Below, in pieces: positions 25,354-37,505 of a stretch of DNA of 64,000 nt. Every line of letters starts with the position of its first letter. The stretch's first letter is position 1. The DNA comes from Cladosporium halotolerans (Eukaryota): positions 930,001-994,000 of the forward strand of contig NW_027191452.1 of assembly GCF_011745625.1 (NCBI RefSeq), given 5' to 3'. Position numbers and translations under genes: made by a program. The notes beneath the pieces were generated by a model. The model did not search any database. It was not told the DNA's origin and saw only the letters and a list, made by a program, of their open reading frames with translations.

Positions 25354-26018
25354 ATGACCTCCATCTTTCAAAAGTTGACTCGACCTTTCACATCCTCAAC
25401 ACTGCGCTTCGCGCCCGAACAAACCGCCAAAATGGACGTCCCTGAAGGCGCGCAGAAGTGCACCCTCGCCGCTGGCTGCTTCTGGGGCGTCGAGCACATG
25501 TACCGCAAGGACTTTGCCTCGAAGGGCCTGCTGGACGCTCGTGTCGGCTACATCGGCGGCGACACCAAGAGCCCCAGCTACCGCTCCGTGTGCTCAGGCA
25601 CCACTGGCCGTGAGTCGCAATCACAGTGTCTCCTTTCTCACATCATGAGCTGACTCCGCCCTTCACAGACGCCGAAGCGCTGCAGGTTGTCTTCGATCCC
25701 GCGCAAGTCTCCTACCGCAGCCTGCTCGAATATTTTTACCGCATGCACGACCCCACCACCGCCAACCGCCAGGGCCCGGATGTTGGCTCGCAATACCGCA
25801 GCGGCATTTTCTACCACGATGCCGAGCAGAAGCAGATTGCCGAGGATGTGACTAAGAAGGCGAATGACCAGTGGTACAACGGCAAGATCGCGACAGAGAT
25901 CTTGGAAGCGGGAACATGGTGGGATGCGGAGTCGTACCACCAGGAGTACCTTCACCACAACCCGAGCGGGTACGAGTGCCCGAGCCACTTCCTCAGGAAG
26001 TTCCCGCCTCTCTCGTAA
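25354..26018 (+). CDS. msrA: Peptide methionine sulfoxide reductase MsrA
   Basis: GCFWG catalytic motif. Intron 25610-25668 restores GHAEA. Also QYRSGIF, AESYHQEYL and GYECPSH. Confidence 0.97.
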
Positions 26019-26236
26019 GATCGGCCAAGAACGGACCCAGATCGCGGACATGACAATCAAAATGTAACGAACATCTTATATCCTTTTTGGAGTATGTAGC
26101 TGAATATCAAGCATTCCCTTGACCAAACCAGCGCAGTTGCTTGAGACATCTTGTGTAGATATCTGACACTTCATTATTACTTGTTACCAAAGACAGTTGA
26201 TTCCACCAGACTCTCAGCAATACTTTGCTGATCTAT

Positions 26237-28976
26237 CTACCTGACCGGCAAAGCCTTCTTCTCTTTGTAAACGTCGCCAGTCAGTCTGATTTCATACTCT
26301 TGATCCTTACCCCGGCCCTGTTTCTCCAGCGATCTGACGAGCGGCAACACCTCCCTTCCGAACTGCTCGATCTCCTCATCGTAGTGCAAAAAGGCGGTCA
26401 GGATAATATCAGCACCCAGACTCTTCAACAACAGAATCCGGTCTGCAATCTGCTCCTTGGTGCCAATCAATTTCGTCTTGAACCCGTCATTGTACTGCAC
26501 CAGGTCCTCAAATTTCGAGTTGGCCCACATGCCCGTCTTGTTGTGCGTCGACGCGCCCGCGTTCTGGACCTGCTGCCGGAAGCCTTCGACGGCTTCGGCG
26601 TCCGCTTTGCCCTGGATCTCTTGCAGCACGCGGATCGCTTCTTCCTCAGTCTCGCGGCAGATGACGAAGCCGTTGAGCGCGAACTTGACCTGGCCCTCTC
26701 GGCCTTGGTCTTTGGCGCGCTGCCGGACGTCGGCGATCTGGGTCTGGAAGCCTTCGAGGGTGTTGCCGTTCATGCTGGGAGAGCGTCAGTGATGGTCAAG
26801 GTCGCAGCAAGAGATGTGAGGCTCACAAATAGTAGTCTGATACAGCGGCGCCGTTGTTGCGAGCGTCGTCGCTGTTGCCGCCCTGGAAGATCTCGGGATA
26901 CGGGCGGTTGGGCAAGACGAGAGGCTTTGGCTGCAAAGGGTAGTCGTTGAACTGGTAGAAATCACCCTTGAAGGTGAATTTGTCTTGCGTCCAGATGCCC
27001 TTCAGACATTGGATGAACTCGCGGCTTCGGCGGTAGCGCTCGGAGTGATCAAGCCACCATTGGCCGATTGATGTGAACTGTCTTCTGATTAGTACAACGC
27101 ATTTGGATAATCAATTGTGATGCCATGGGCCTACCTCAGCCTTGAACCAGCCAGAGACCACATTGACGGCGATGCGGCCATCGCAGTAATTGTCAATCGA
27201 GGCGATTTGCTTAGCTGCCACCGCAGGATTCCAGGGACCAGGTAGCAAGGCAGCGATGAGCTTGATGCGTTCTGTCTTGGCCAGGAGCGCTTGAGAGAAT
27301 GTGACGGGCTCATGTTGACTTGCGGCACCATAGCCAGACATGAAACGAATCTGCGAAAGCGCATACTCGAAACCGACCTGTTCGGCAGTACGAGCGTATC
27401 GGACGTTCGACTTGAGGTCCCAGTTCGTACGCTGTGGAATCTTACTGACGACAAGACCACCGGAAACATTTGGCACCCAGTAAGCGAACTTGACCCTGTC
27501 CGGGTCGGCATTGATCTTATCGTGATAGCTCAGGTCAGCATCGGCCTGACTGTAGCCATTGATACCGTTGAGGGTGCCGTTGCCGTTCAAAGGTGGCGAT
27601 AGAGGTGCGGGCGTGCTGGTGCCGCTGTTGCTGGGGCTTCGTCCACCCACCGAGACGACAATGCGCTTGCCACTAACGGTGCCTGCGCGTAGTCGGTCCA
27701 AAGCATCGTTGATACCAGCCAAGCCACCTTCGGCGACTTCGACCTCGGGCAGCTTCAACGACTTAGCAATGAGTAGCTTCTCGAGCCATTCAACAACAGC
27801 GTCACCGTACACCGAAGCCTCGTGGAACAGCTTGATTGGCACTTTGTGAATCGTGACACCCGGCGCAGCTTCTTTGGGAGTGCCAGTCAATCCGAGCAGA
27901 TGAGACTGCGGGCCAGAAGTCGACTTCTGAAGGGCGTCCTGCAGTGCGGATGCAGTCTCTGCACCGACGACGTCAACGCCAAAGCGAAGCTTGCCGCCCG
28001 TGACTGCCTTCAAGACCTCCACGGCCCGTTTGTGGTCATGCCTGTCGATCTGGAAGTCGGCGCCAATCTCTACCAGCCGGTGGCTTCCCTTTGCGAGATC
28101 TGCAATCGCCACGACCCTGAGGCCAGCTAGTTTGGCAAGTTGAATCGCCAGTTGTCCGGTCGTGGTGTTGGCTCCCCATACTGCGATCCAATCCCCAGGC
28201 TTGGGCCTCTCTGACTGGGAGATGCTACCAAAGACTTCTCCTCGGATGTCATCAGGCACGTGGAGCGGGTTCAGACTACGCGCAATCTGAAGGAAGTCAG
28301 GACCGTTTGGCCCTTGAACTGGTCGAGAGAAGTCGAGGCCGAAGCTGATACCCAGCGCAATCTGTGCGGCGACGAACGCGACACCGAGAGCTGCGCCCTC
28401 CTTCACTTGAACGCCCTGAGGGATGCGAGCGACGTTGCTGGGGGTTGTGACGACGTACTCTTGATACGCTGCCTTGCGCACATCGCGGTAGTCTGTCGAA
28501 GGACCGAATACAACATCCCCTTGTTTGATTCGGCTTTCCTTGCGAGATCCCTTGACGACAATACCGGCAAAGTCGCGACCATTGACCCACGGGTAGCTAG
28601 GCTGGCTGAAGCCGTAGTCGGCGCCCTTCCAGTCTACTGGGTTGAGGCCAATGGCAAGGGTCTGGACGAGGATCTCGTCATCACCGTGGAGTTCTGGGAT
28701 TTCCTTGGACTTCTCAAGAGTGTACTTTTGGCGAGGGCCATGCAAAAGTAGCAGGTCCTGCTGAGGCTTTTCGAGGCGTAGAAATTCGTCTTCGTCGTGA
28801 ACCGCGCTCGCCTCGACTTTTGCTAGGCCATTGCTTCTAGGAGAGTCGTGATTGCCGATGCCGTTCGGTTTTAGACCGAGGTTGCTGAAAGGGGCCGAAG
28901 GCGGCGATTTGGCGTGGCCGTTGACGCCATTCTGCTTCAGCGAGAGAAACTGCGTAGAATCATCGACGGAAGGCAT
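26237..28976 (-). CDS. Fusion: zinc-free MDR/enoyl-reductase-like oxidoreductase + SfnG-type (dimethylsulfone) luciferase-like flavin monooxygenase
   Basis: Exon 1 28976-27135 carries the MDR domain (IGLNPVDWK, GRDFAGIV, WGANTTTG) then KFAYWVPNVSGGLVVSKIPQRT..VNVVSGWFKAE. Intron 27134-27078. Exon 2 FTSIGQWWLDHSERYRRSREF..EIFQGG. Intron ~26827-26775 (GTGAGC..CTGAC..CAG). Exon 3 ..FEDLVQYNDGFKTKLIGT..FLHYDEE. Confidence 0.92.
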
Positions 28977-31464
28977 GTTTGCTATCGCTTGAGGAAAGAT
29001 GAAAAAGAAATGGACAGAGCTCCAGAAAGCTCCAAAAAACATCTGAAAGCGACAGGCATTTACCTTAGCGCCATGTACCTACGTATGAACCTTAGGCATG
29101 AGGAATCTCGCGCTACGATCACAACATCGTAGCTAGTCGAGTGTTTCAATGGTGATGTATGGCCATTGAAGGCCATGATATGGCGTGCGTGCTGCTCGGG
29201 GGAGAGGATGGGGGTTTAGTACGATGGCGTGCTCTTACCCCACCTGACAGCACCAGCAAGTATGTTGTCGCAATCGCAACCAGCCACCGTTTTGAAAGTC
29301 GTCTGTCCATTCGGTTGCTTTTGCACTAATGTTGTGCTTCCCTTGAAGGTGCTGCGGATTTTCGAATCTCCGGTTAGGTGATGGCGCAGAATGCTGTGTT
29401 GTGTGGCTGGCTTTTGGTGATAAACCGGCAGCTTCGTGGTTAGGAACCATATATTGGCCAGCAACTTCTAGGAAGGCGTTCTCTGGTTGCCGAGACAGAC
29501 ATCGCCGTTCGCTTTGGGTTGAATTTTGGCTGACGCGAAGACATGATGGGTGATACGATTGAGTATCGAATCCGAATCTCTCGCCAGCATGGCCTACCCA
29601 AGGATGCGTAGCCACATGGAAGGAGCGTCAGCCCTGGTTAGCCTCGTAGCGATTGAGTTTCTCAGCCGCGCAGGCACCTTTGCGATCGGTGACGAGATGA
29701 TTTCCGATACTGCTCGGGCGCATGTGGTTCAAATCGAAGGAATCCGAGCCGCTCGAGGGCCTCAAGACCTTCGCTTCGCAGCTCCAGATCGTAGAGGTGT
29801 CCTTCCTCACCGAATGATTCGGACCTGGATTATGCGTTACTTAACCTCAAAATGGCCACCATCCGTACCCACTCGTTGAAGAGCGTTCGTTGAGCGTCCT
29901 TCCGCACACATCGGACGGCACCCATCGAGTCGCCTCCTCTTCACATCTTTGAGTTGCGCGGCTGCCATCAGAATTCTCGCTTTCCATATAGTGCTGCCAT
30001 TGAAAGGCTTTGTTCCGAAACCTGCGATCATTGCCACTTGCTCACCTTGCCTAGAGGAGGTGATAGTCTCGTCCTCGTCTTCAGCCTCATTATCCGTCGA
30101 CTTGACTGTTCGTACGCTTCGTGGTCCTCGCCGACGACAGCGAGATTGTCTATCAAGATTGTGAATACGCGCGTACTTGGTCACAATCCTAGGTTGGGGG
30201 AGAGAGGGCCACCCGCCAAGTTGAACCTCCAGGCAGAGCGGCTCGGGCGGCAAGCCTGTTCTCAGGCCTTCCAAATTGATGCCATTCGCCGCAGGCTCTA
30301 TCCTGCACCCGTCAGCTCTGATCACGAGCTCTACCACGGGATAATCCTTGCAAGGCCTAGAACATGCAGACCTTCAGGCTCCTCTGCTCCACTCAGGTTC
30401 TGCTTTGTACGCTGATTTCGCAAACGCGAGAAAACATCTCCGTGCGCACGGTCTGGCACACCCTTCTCCGCAAAGGCGCCTGCGCGCCGCTCGTCGCCAA
30501 GGGTACCATGATATCTTTCAGTGCTAATCACGCATAAGCATGAATGCTAAAAAACGCCACCCACGCAATGAGGCTTCGAGGGCCGTACATCACGGCTTCG
30601 GCATTGGCCGATTGCAATCGCCCTGCGTTCGGGGACGCCGTGATTGCCGGAGACACTCCCGCCGCCGGAGTCTGGGGTGTCGCACTGCGAGCGAGGCTAC
30701 GGCCTCAGTCATGGGAACCCGAGGGGTACGGCACTGACGGCCACATGGCGGACCATTGAGACTGGTGCAATTGAGCTTGACATAGACGGCGCAACTCTGG
30801 TAGTCATCCAATGCGGACGCGGAATGCTGAACAACCGACCCCACTGTCGCTGTGTCTCATACACCATGTGGAGAGGGTGTGAGACGATAGGATCCTGCAC
30901 TAACCATACGAGGCTATACAAAGGTCAGATCGCAAGCCACGGCGCGGATGCGGCTGCAGATATGCCTGTCCGGTGGACGCTATTCTGCCGACAAAGTGAG
31001 GGGCCGCTTGGCAACCCTAGTCGCACAGTGTCGCGTGGCAGAGCTACTAATCGACTTGAAGATGAAGTCGCGAGACCGCTAGCAGGTGTTGATATCCCCT
31101 TCGAGCTGGTCGTCAGATATGGCCCTGCCAGGGTATCTGTATATCCGTATCAATACGCTATCGTTGCAAAATGATTACAGTAACGCCTTGAAAACCTCGT
31201 GGCATCTGACACACCGAAAGCCGAGGGTTGCAGCACTAAGACGCGGCTCGTGGCCAGCCCCGCCAGGAAGGATCATCCGTGCTACGACAAGGTTGGATTG
31301 TCATTCTCCAAGACCCACCTCCAGCTGAAGCCGCTGGGGCCCCAGACCTTGGCGTGGAGATTCCCATATATCAAGCATGGTGCCAGCGTGCTTGGGGCGG
31401 GTGCCGGTCGTGCTTGTCCCTTGCAAACTTCCGCCTTTCAAGCTGCCCAGAAGCCGGTTCCAAG

Positions 31465-33804
31465 ATGTCTGACAAACTGTCTGCGGAGATAGACAACGGC
31501 GATTCTCACAATGAGAAGGCCGTTCTGGCCGACACAACCAAAGGCGATGATCTGATCGAGACAGCTGGTCGTCGTTCCTCCGTCGCCCTCAACATCGTTG
31601 AAAATCCACTGAAGGTAAGCAATTCACCAACGGCCGCCACGGACCCTTTGCCAAGCCTCTCATTGCCAGAAACATGCTGATCGCCACATTTGCAGCGTGG
31701 CAGCCGTGAGGAAAATGTCGCCAAAGCCGCCGAATTCGCAACTTTGAACGGCATGCCTGAGCATGCAGAGCTTTTTGGCCGAGCTGCTCTGGTTGCTCGT
31801 GACCCACAGCACTTTGCTTCAGTGCCCGGACTTTCAGACGATGAACGCCACGCCTTGCAGTATGAGCACGACCATAAGTGGCACGGCCCGAAGATGCTGT
31901 GGTACTCTATCGGTCTATGTGCCATTGGCGCAGCGACACAGGGCTGGGATCAGACCGGTGCGAACGGTGCAAACTTGTCTTTTCCCCAAGAGTTCGGCAT
32001 CGACAGTGGTCAAGGAAGGGATGCGTGGATTGTTGGTTTGGTGAACTCAATCATCTTCTTGACTGCAGGTCTGATCGGCGCCTTTATTGTTGATCCTCTC
32101 AACAAGTACCTTGGTCGCAGGGGTGAAATCTTCTTCACCGCCCTCATTCTGACAGCTACTCCCATTGGATCTGGTTTTGCTCAATCTTGGGAGGGTCTGT
32201 TCGCTGCTCGATTCATCATGGGCATTGGAATCGGCGCGAAGAACGCCACGGTACCTATCTTTTCTGCTGAGATGGCACCGGCTCGCGTTAGAGGAGCTCT
32301 GGTAATGTTCTGGCAGCTATGGGTGGTGATTGGTAAGCTTGTCGAACGATCGGTTACATGCAAATGCCTTCTGACCGTCTTCTAGGCATCTTCCTTGGAT
32401 TCTGCGCCAACGTGATTGTCAAGGATACCGGAGACATTGCGTGGCGTTTGCAGCTCGGCTCTGCCTTCATCCCGTCCTTTGTCCTCGGTGTAGGAATTTT
32501 CTTCTGCCCGGAGTCTCCTCGTTGGCTCATGAAGCATGGCAAAGTTGCCAAAGGATTTCGGTCCATGGATCGCTTGAGAGCACACCCCATCATCGCCGCC
32601 AGGGACTACTACTACTCGTACATCATCTATCAAGAAGAGCTCAAGGCCGCTGGAGGTGCAGGATACTTTGCTCGTCTCAGGGACTGTTTCACAGTTCCTC
32701 GCATCAGGCGTGCCAACTACGGTGCTTCGACAGTCATGATCGCGCAGCAGATGTGCGGTATCAACAGTAAGTTCTTCATCCTGCATGTGCCAATTGATAA
32801 AACTGACGTTAGCCTAGTCATTTCTTTCTACAGCTCGAGCATTTTCGTGAACGCAGGTTACACCGACGAACAGGCCTTGTATGCATCTCTGGGCTACGGT
32901 GCGATCCAGGTTTTGTCCACTATTCCGACGCTGTTCTTGATCGACACCAAAGGCCGTAGAAGACTATGTCTTATCGTAAGTAATTCCGCGATCCGCGATC
33001 AGGAAATTCTGAAACGATGCTAATCTCCCCCCAGACGTTTCCCCTGATGTGTATCTTCCTTCTGGCCGCAGGTCTCTCGCTGCTCAAGACTACTGGGAGC
33101 ACGGCATCCCAAATCGGGCCCGTTGTTTTGTAAGAACCACCCAGCGATGCTCTCGTATTGAGCTCAATCCACTAATGCGTCGATCTTTGTAGATTCGTCT
33201 ACCTCTTCACGATATGTTACGGTCTCGGAGAAGGACCTGTGGCCTTCCAATACTCCGCAGAAGTCTTCCCCACCATCCAGAGAGAGCAAGGAATGGCCTG
33301 GGCTGTCTGCATCAACAACACGTTTGGTAAGCTGACTGCGATCACTGTGAAATGGGCTTGACTGGTCACTGACAGCCGCTCGCAGCTGGTATTCTCAGTC
33401 TCACCTTCCCCGAGATGGAGCATGCAATGACTCAGGTCGGAGCTTGTACGTATCCAACCAAGAACTCCCCATCCGTGGCGTTCAATTTGCTAACAAGGAC
33501 GAAGTCGGATTCTACGCTGGTCTCAATTTGATCGCTTGGTTCTTGGTCTTCTGCTTCGTCAGAGAGACCAAGCAGCTGACCCTGGAAGAACTCGACCGTA
33601 AGTTGATGAAGTACTGCTTCAAAGCAACACACGCTAACAATTCCTAAAGAGGTGTTCTCCGTCCCAACGAAGAAGTTCATCACCCACGAGTTGACGGTGA
33701 TGACGCCCTACTTCTTCAAGCGTCACTTCCTCAGGCGAAAGATCCCGAAGCCGCCGATGATCATCGAGAGCGAAGACAAGGTCATCGACGCCGTTGGAGA
33801 GTGA
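31465..33804 (+). CDS. MFS sugar/polyol porter, about 8 introns
   Basis: Motifs QGWDQ, LGRRG, SAEMAPARVRG, PESPRWL, QQMCGIN, IDTKGRR, ETKQLTLEELD. The GT-AG introns splice in frame to a TGA at 33802-33804. Confidence 0.93.
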
Positions 33805-33965
33805 TCGAGTCAAAGAGTTGGACACAAGCGACGGACTTTCGCTCATCGCGTGTGGTATAACGGTGTTGGGGTTTGCGATTATCGCCACTTGGTTGTTTGA
33901 TGCGTTCTGATGTAGATGAATGTAACACGTTGCTACGACCTGTCCAAGTACGCTGGTCGAAGATG

Positions 33966-35200
33966 TCACATGAAACTTGCCCGCGCATGAATTGATATCT
34001 GGTCATGTATCGTCGTGGCTGGGGAATCTAACAGCTGTGCTTGTTCTTCACCACCTGGCACGACCTTTCGAGGCAATTCGTTTCGTTCCACCTCTTCCAT
34101 CTCCAGGTATTCCAGCGAGAAATCATCGCGGTATTCCACCTCAGCTGAGTCTTGCGTCATGTATTTCATCACATCTAGGCGCATGTGGTGCCTCCTACAG
34201 CCAATTCAACGTCGTCGATTGCCGAAAAGGCGGTCTGTTGGGTCAACCCATGCACACCGAGAGGAACGAACTCTGATTCTTACTGCTTCAGCCAATCTTC
34301 CTAGTAGGGGATTGATCCGACGTGCTGCTTGCTCTGTTCTGGCAACGGTTGTGCTAGCAAGTACTTCACCATTGGGGATGCTTGCTCATGGTCGTGAGTA
34401 GCAGCTCAATGCGCGCCTCCACCAACGAGATGCATCGCATCCGCGTCTGCAACCTCGCCTCATCATCTCATCGGATACGTGCCCTACTGTAGATATACTA
34501 CTGCTGATACTACCTCACGAATCGACATATTATACACGTCTTTGTCGCAACATAGGCGTTACATCTAATTGGCAGTACGCCCTGTCCAAATCACGTCGTT
34601 TCCGAGAGTAGCTCGATATGCGGCTTCCTTCAGTGAAATATGTTTCCGATGCGACACCAGATACTAGACCAGTGACTTTGATTTCATTGTCCAAAGCGTC
34701 CATACAATGTTCCATCATGTCTTTTCGACTTTATCAGGCAAGACTCACCTGTCTGCAATGATCGTCAAAAGCTCAACGTTGTCTTGCGCACGATTGCTCT
34801 CACGTCATTGGTCATTGGCTTCAGCTTGACACGGCTAGGCAGCATACCACCTGCTGAGCAAGCCAGACGAAGTAGCTTCACAGCCTTTGACGCTGAATTA
34901 ACCATTTGTGAGGAATTCATGAGTGAAGGCCTGCGACCTCTCAATTATCATGTTTGTTCAGTGCCTTGATGATCACACGTCCGACTACAAAAGACCCAAT
35001 TCACTGCCACTGCCGGTCATAGGCGACATACCGTCTCTAGGCACTATTGCCGAGGCGTCATTCTGCCTTTTCTGGTATAGATCTTGCAAGGGTAACATCA
35101 CTCTGAGCGGTCCGCTTCTGACATGCACGCTCCCAGTCAATAATGAGCTACCAGACACGACTCTGGCGTTGTCAATCTCGGTCACACTCTTCTCGCCATC
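33966..35200. pseudogene. Probable degenerate gene fragments left of the AT island
   Basis: Protein-like minus frames broken by stops at probable Gln codons (MVKYLLAQPLPEQSKQHVGSIPY*EDWLKQ*ESEFVPLG..). No family recognised. Confidence 0.35.
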
Positions 35201-35349
35201 TTAGTCTCTGATATATCTGTTGGTGTGTTCGAACTAATATACGTAATACCTAGTCTGCGGTCTACTATATAAAGTTATTGAAAACTTTCCTATTGATTAA
35301 AGATATTTTATTGATCTTAATATTCCGATCTATACTAGAAATCATTCTA

Positions 35350-37075
35350 AATAATCTATAGCTTAAATTCATATTTCTAGCTTTCTTAAAGATATATCTC
35401 GATAATTTTATTCTTAGAGATTAAGTTCGACTATTAAGTCTACTAATATAAAGTTTATATATTTCTATACTTATTAATAATATCTTTAGTTAAAATTTAT
35501 ATTTTAGACTCTTTTAAATAAGAAAAACTGAAAAAGCTCTATTATTAAGTATATATCTTAACTATTTAGTATTTTAATATTAATTCTATATATTTCTATA
35601 CTTAGAAATAATACCTCTAGTTAAAATCCATATTTCTAACTTTTCTAAATTTAAAAAATTTAAATAGCTTTATCAATATATTAAAATTTTAACTATATAT
35701 TCTTTTAATATAGATTCTTTATACTCTTATATCTATTAGTAATATCTCTAGTTAAGATTTATTCTTCTAATCTTTCTAAATTTCAAAAAAATCTAATATT
35801 TATATTACTAGTCTTATATTTTAACTACTTAATCTTTTAATATAAACCTTATATACCTTTATACTTATTACGAATATCTCTAGTTAAGATTTATATTCCT
35901 AATTCTTATAAATATAAAAAATCTAAATAGTTCTATTATTAAATATAAATTTTAACTACTTAACCTTTTAGTATAGATCTTATATACTTTTATATCTATT
36001 AATAGTATCTCTAGTTAAAATTTATATCTCTAATTTTTAATAATTAAAAAAATTAAATTAACTTTATTATTATCTATAGATTTTAACTATTTAATCTTTT
36101 GATATAAACCTTATATACCTTTATACTTATTAAGAATATCTCTAGTTCAAATTTATATTCCTAACTTTTATAAATAATAAAAAATCTATATAGTTTCATT
36201 ATTAAATATAAATTTTAACTACTAAGTCTTTTAATATAAATCTTTTATATCCTTATATCTATTAATAATATCTCTAGTTAAAATATATATTTATAATCTA
36301 TTTAAATAAGATTTTTTAAAATAATTCTATTATTCTATATGAATTTTAACTATTAATTCTTTTATTATATTTCTTATATACTCTTCTATATACGAGTAGT
36401 ATCTCTAGTTAAAATTTATATCTCTAATTTCTAAAAATGAAAGAAATTTAAATTAATTCTATTATTAACTATAAACTTTAACTCCTAATCTACTTAGTAT
36501 AAATCTTATATACTCCTCTATCTATTAATAATATCTCTAGTTAAAATTTATTATTATATTTTTTTTAAATTAAGAAAATTTGAATATCTTTATTATTATA
36601 TATAAATCTTAACTACTAAGTTTTTTAATATAAATCTTATATATTATTATATATATTAATAGTATCTCTAAATAAAATTTATATTCTTAACTTTTCTAAA
36701 TAAAAAAAATCTAAATAATTCTATTCTTAGATATAAATTTTAACTACTTATTCTTTTAGTATAGATCTTATATATATTTATACCTATTAATAGTATCTCT
36801 AGTTAATATTTATATACCTAGCTCTTATAAATTAAAAAAACTAAAATAACTTTCTTATTATTATTAAATTTTAACTGCTTAGTTTTTTAATATAAATCTT
36901 ATATACTCTTATATCTATTAATATTATTTCTAGTTAAAATTTATATTTCTATCTTTTTAAAATATCAAATTTTCAAATAGCTCTATTATTATATATAAAT
37001 TTCAACTATTTATTTATCTTATATGATTCTCTAGCTAGCTATAATCTAAATATAGTATTTCTAGTTAAGATATCT
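35350..37075. repeat. AT-rich tandem array, ~131-bp unit, ~14 copies, RIP-like erosion
   Basis: The (C)TAGTT core of the anchor ATCTCTAGTTAA begins at 35486, 35617, 35748, 35880, 36011, 36142, 36274, 36405, 36537, 36668, 36799, 36930 and 37061 (spacing 131-132). TpA is abundant; CpA/TpG are nearly absent. Confidence 0.95.
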
Positions 37076-37426
37076 TAACATAGTACTATATACTCTGATG
37101 TTAGATAGACTTATTATGAACTATCATGAATATCATTAGGTATCAGATTCCAAATTCTTACTCATTTACCATATCCTATATACTATTTTCTTACTCATAA
37201 CATATTCACTAGCTATTCAAGTCTAGCTACTGTTCTTTTGGGTTGATTAATACTGTCTGAGACTACCGACGACCAGCTTTTCGGAGTCCCCTCAATAGCT
37301 TTACGAAATCAACTAAATCTCATTGTTCTTCTCCATGCCTTTTTCCCTTGTCTTACTCTAGCACAAATTACTTGATTCGGCGGAATCTGGCGAAATCTGG
37401 ACTCACTCTCGATGTGGCGCATCCAA

Positions 37427-37505
37427 GCTTGGGTTAAGGCGCATAGGCGTATGGTACGAGATCGTACGTCTTATGGACCATACGCTTGTGCCTTTGAACC
37501 CAAGC
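37427..37505. repeat. Imperfect 79-nt inverted repeat (fold-back)
   Basis: Left arm GCTTGGGTTAAGGCGCATAGGCGTATGGT; the reverse complement of the right arm is GCTTGGGTTCAAAGGCACAAGCGTATGGT. Confidence 0.8.

Noticed and set aside
29600..31400. Short ORFs between the SfnG fusion and the MFS gene
   Set aside because: No recognisable motifs or coherent splice structure; treated as divergent promoter, possibly with relic sequence.
33445..33650. AAG splice acceptors in the MFS gene (also at 41252)
   Set aside because: An uncommon but well-known fungal acceptor; frames splice normally.
35350..37075. AT array as a RIPed WD40/HNWD or FNIP coding repeat, 5S rDNA, or CRISPR
   Set aside because: The period is mostly 131 bp (frame-breaking), there are no unique spacers, and the resemblance to 5S is only a short chance match.
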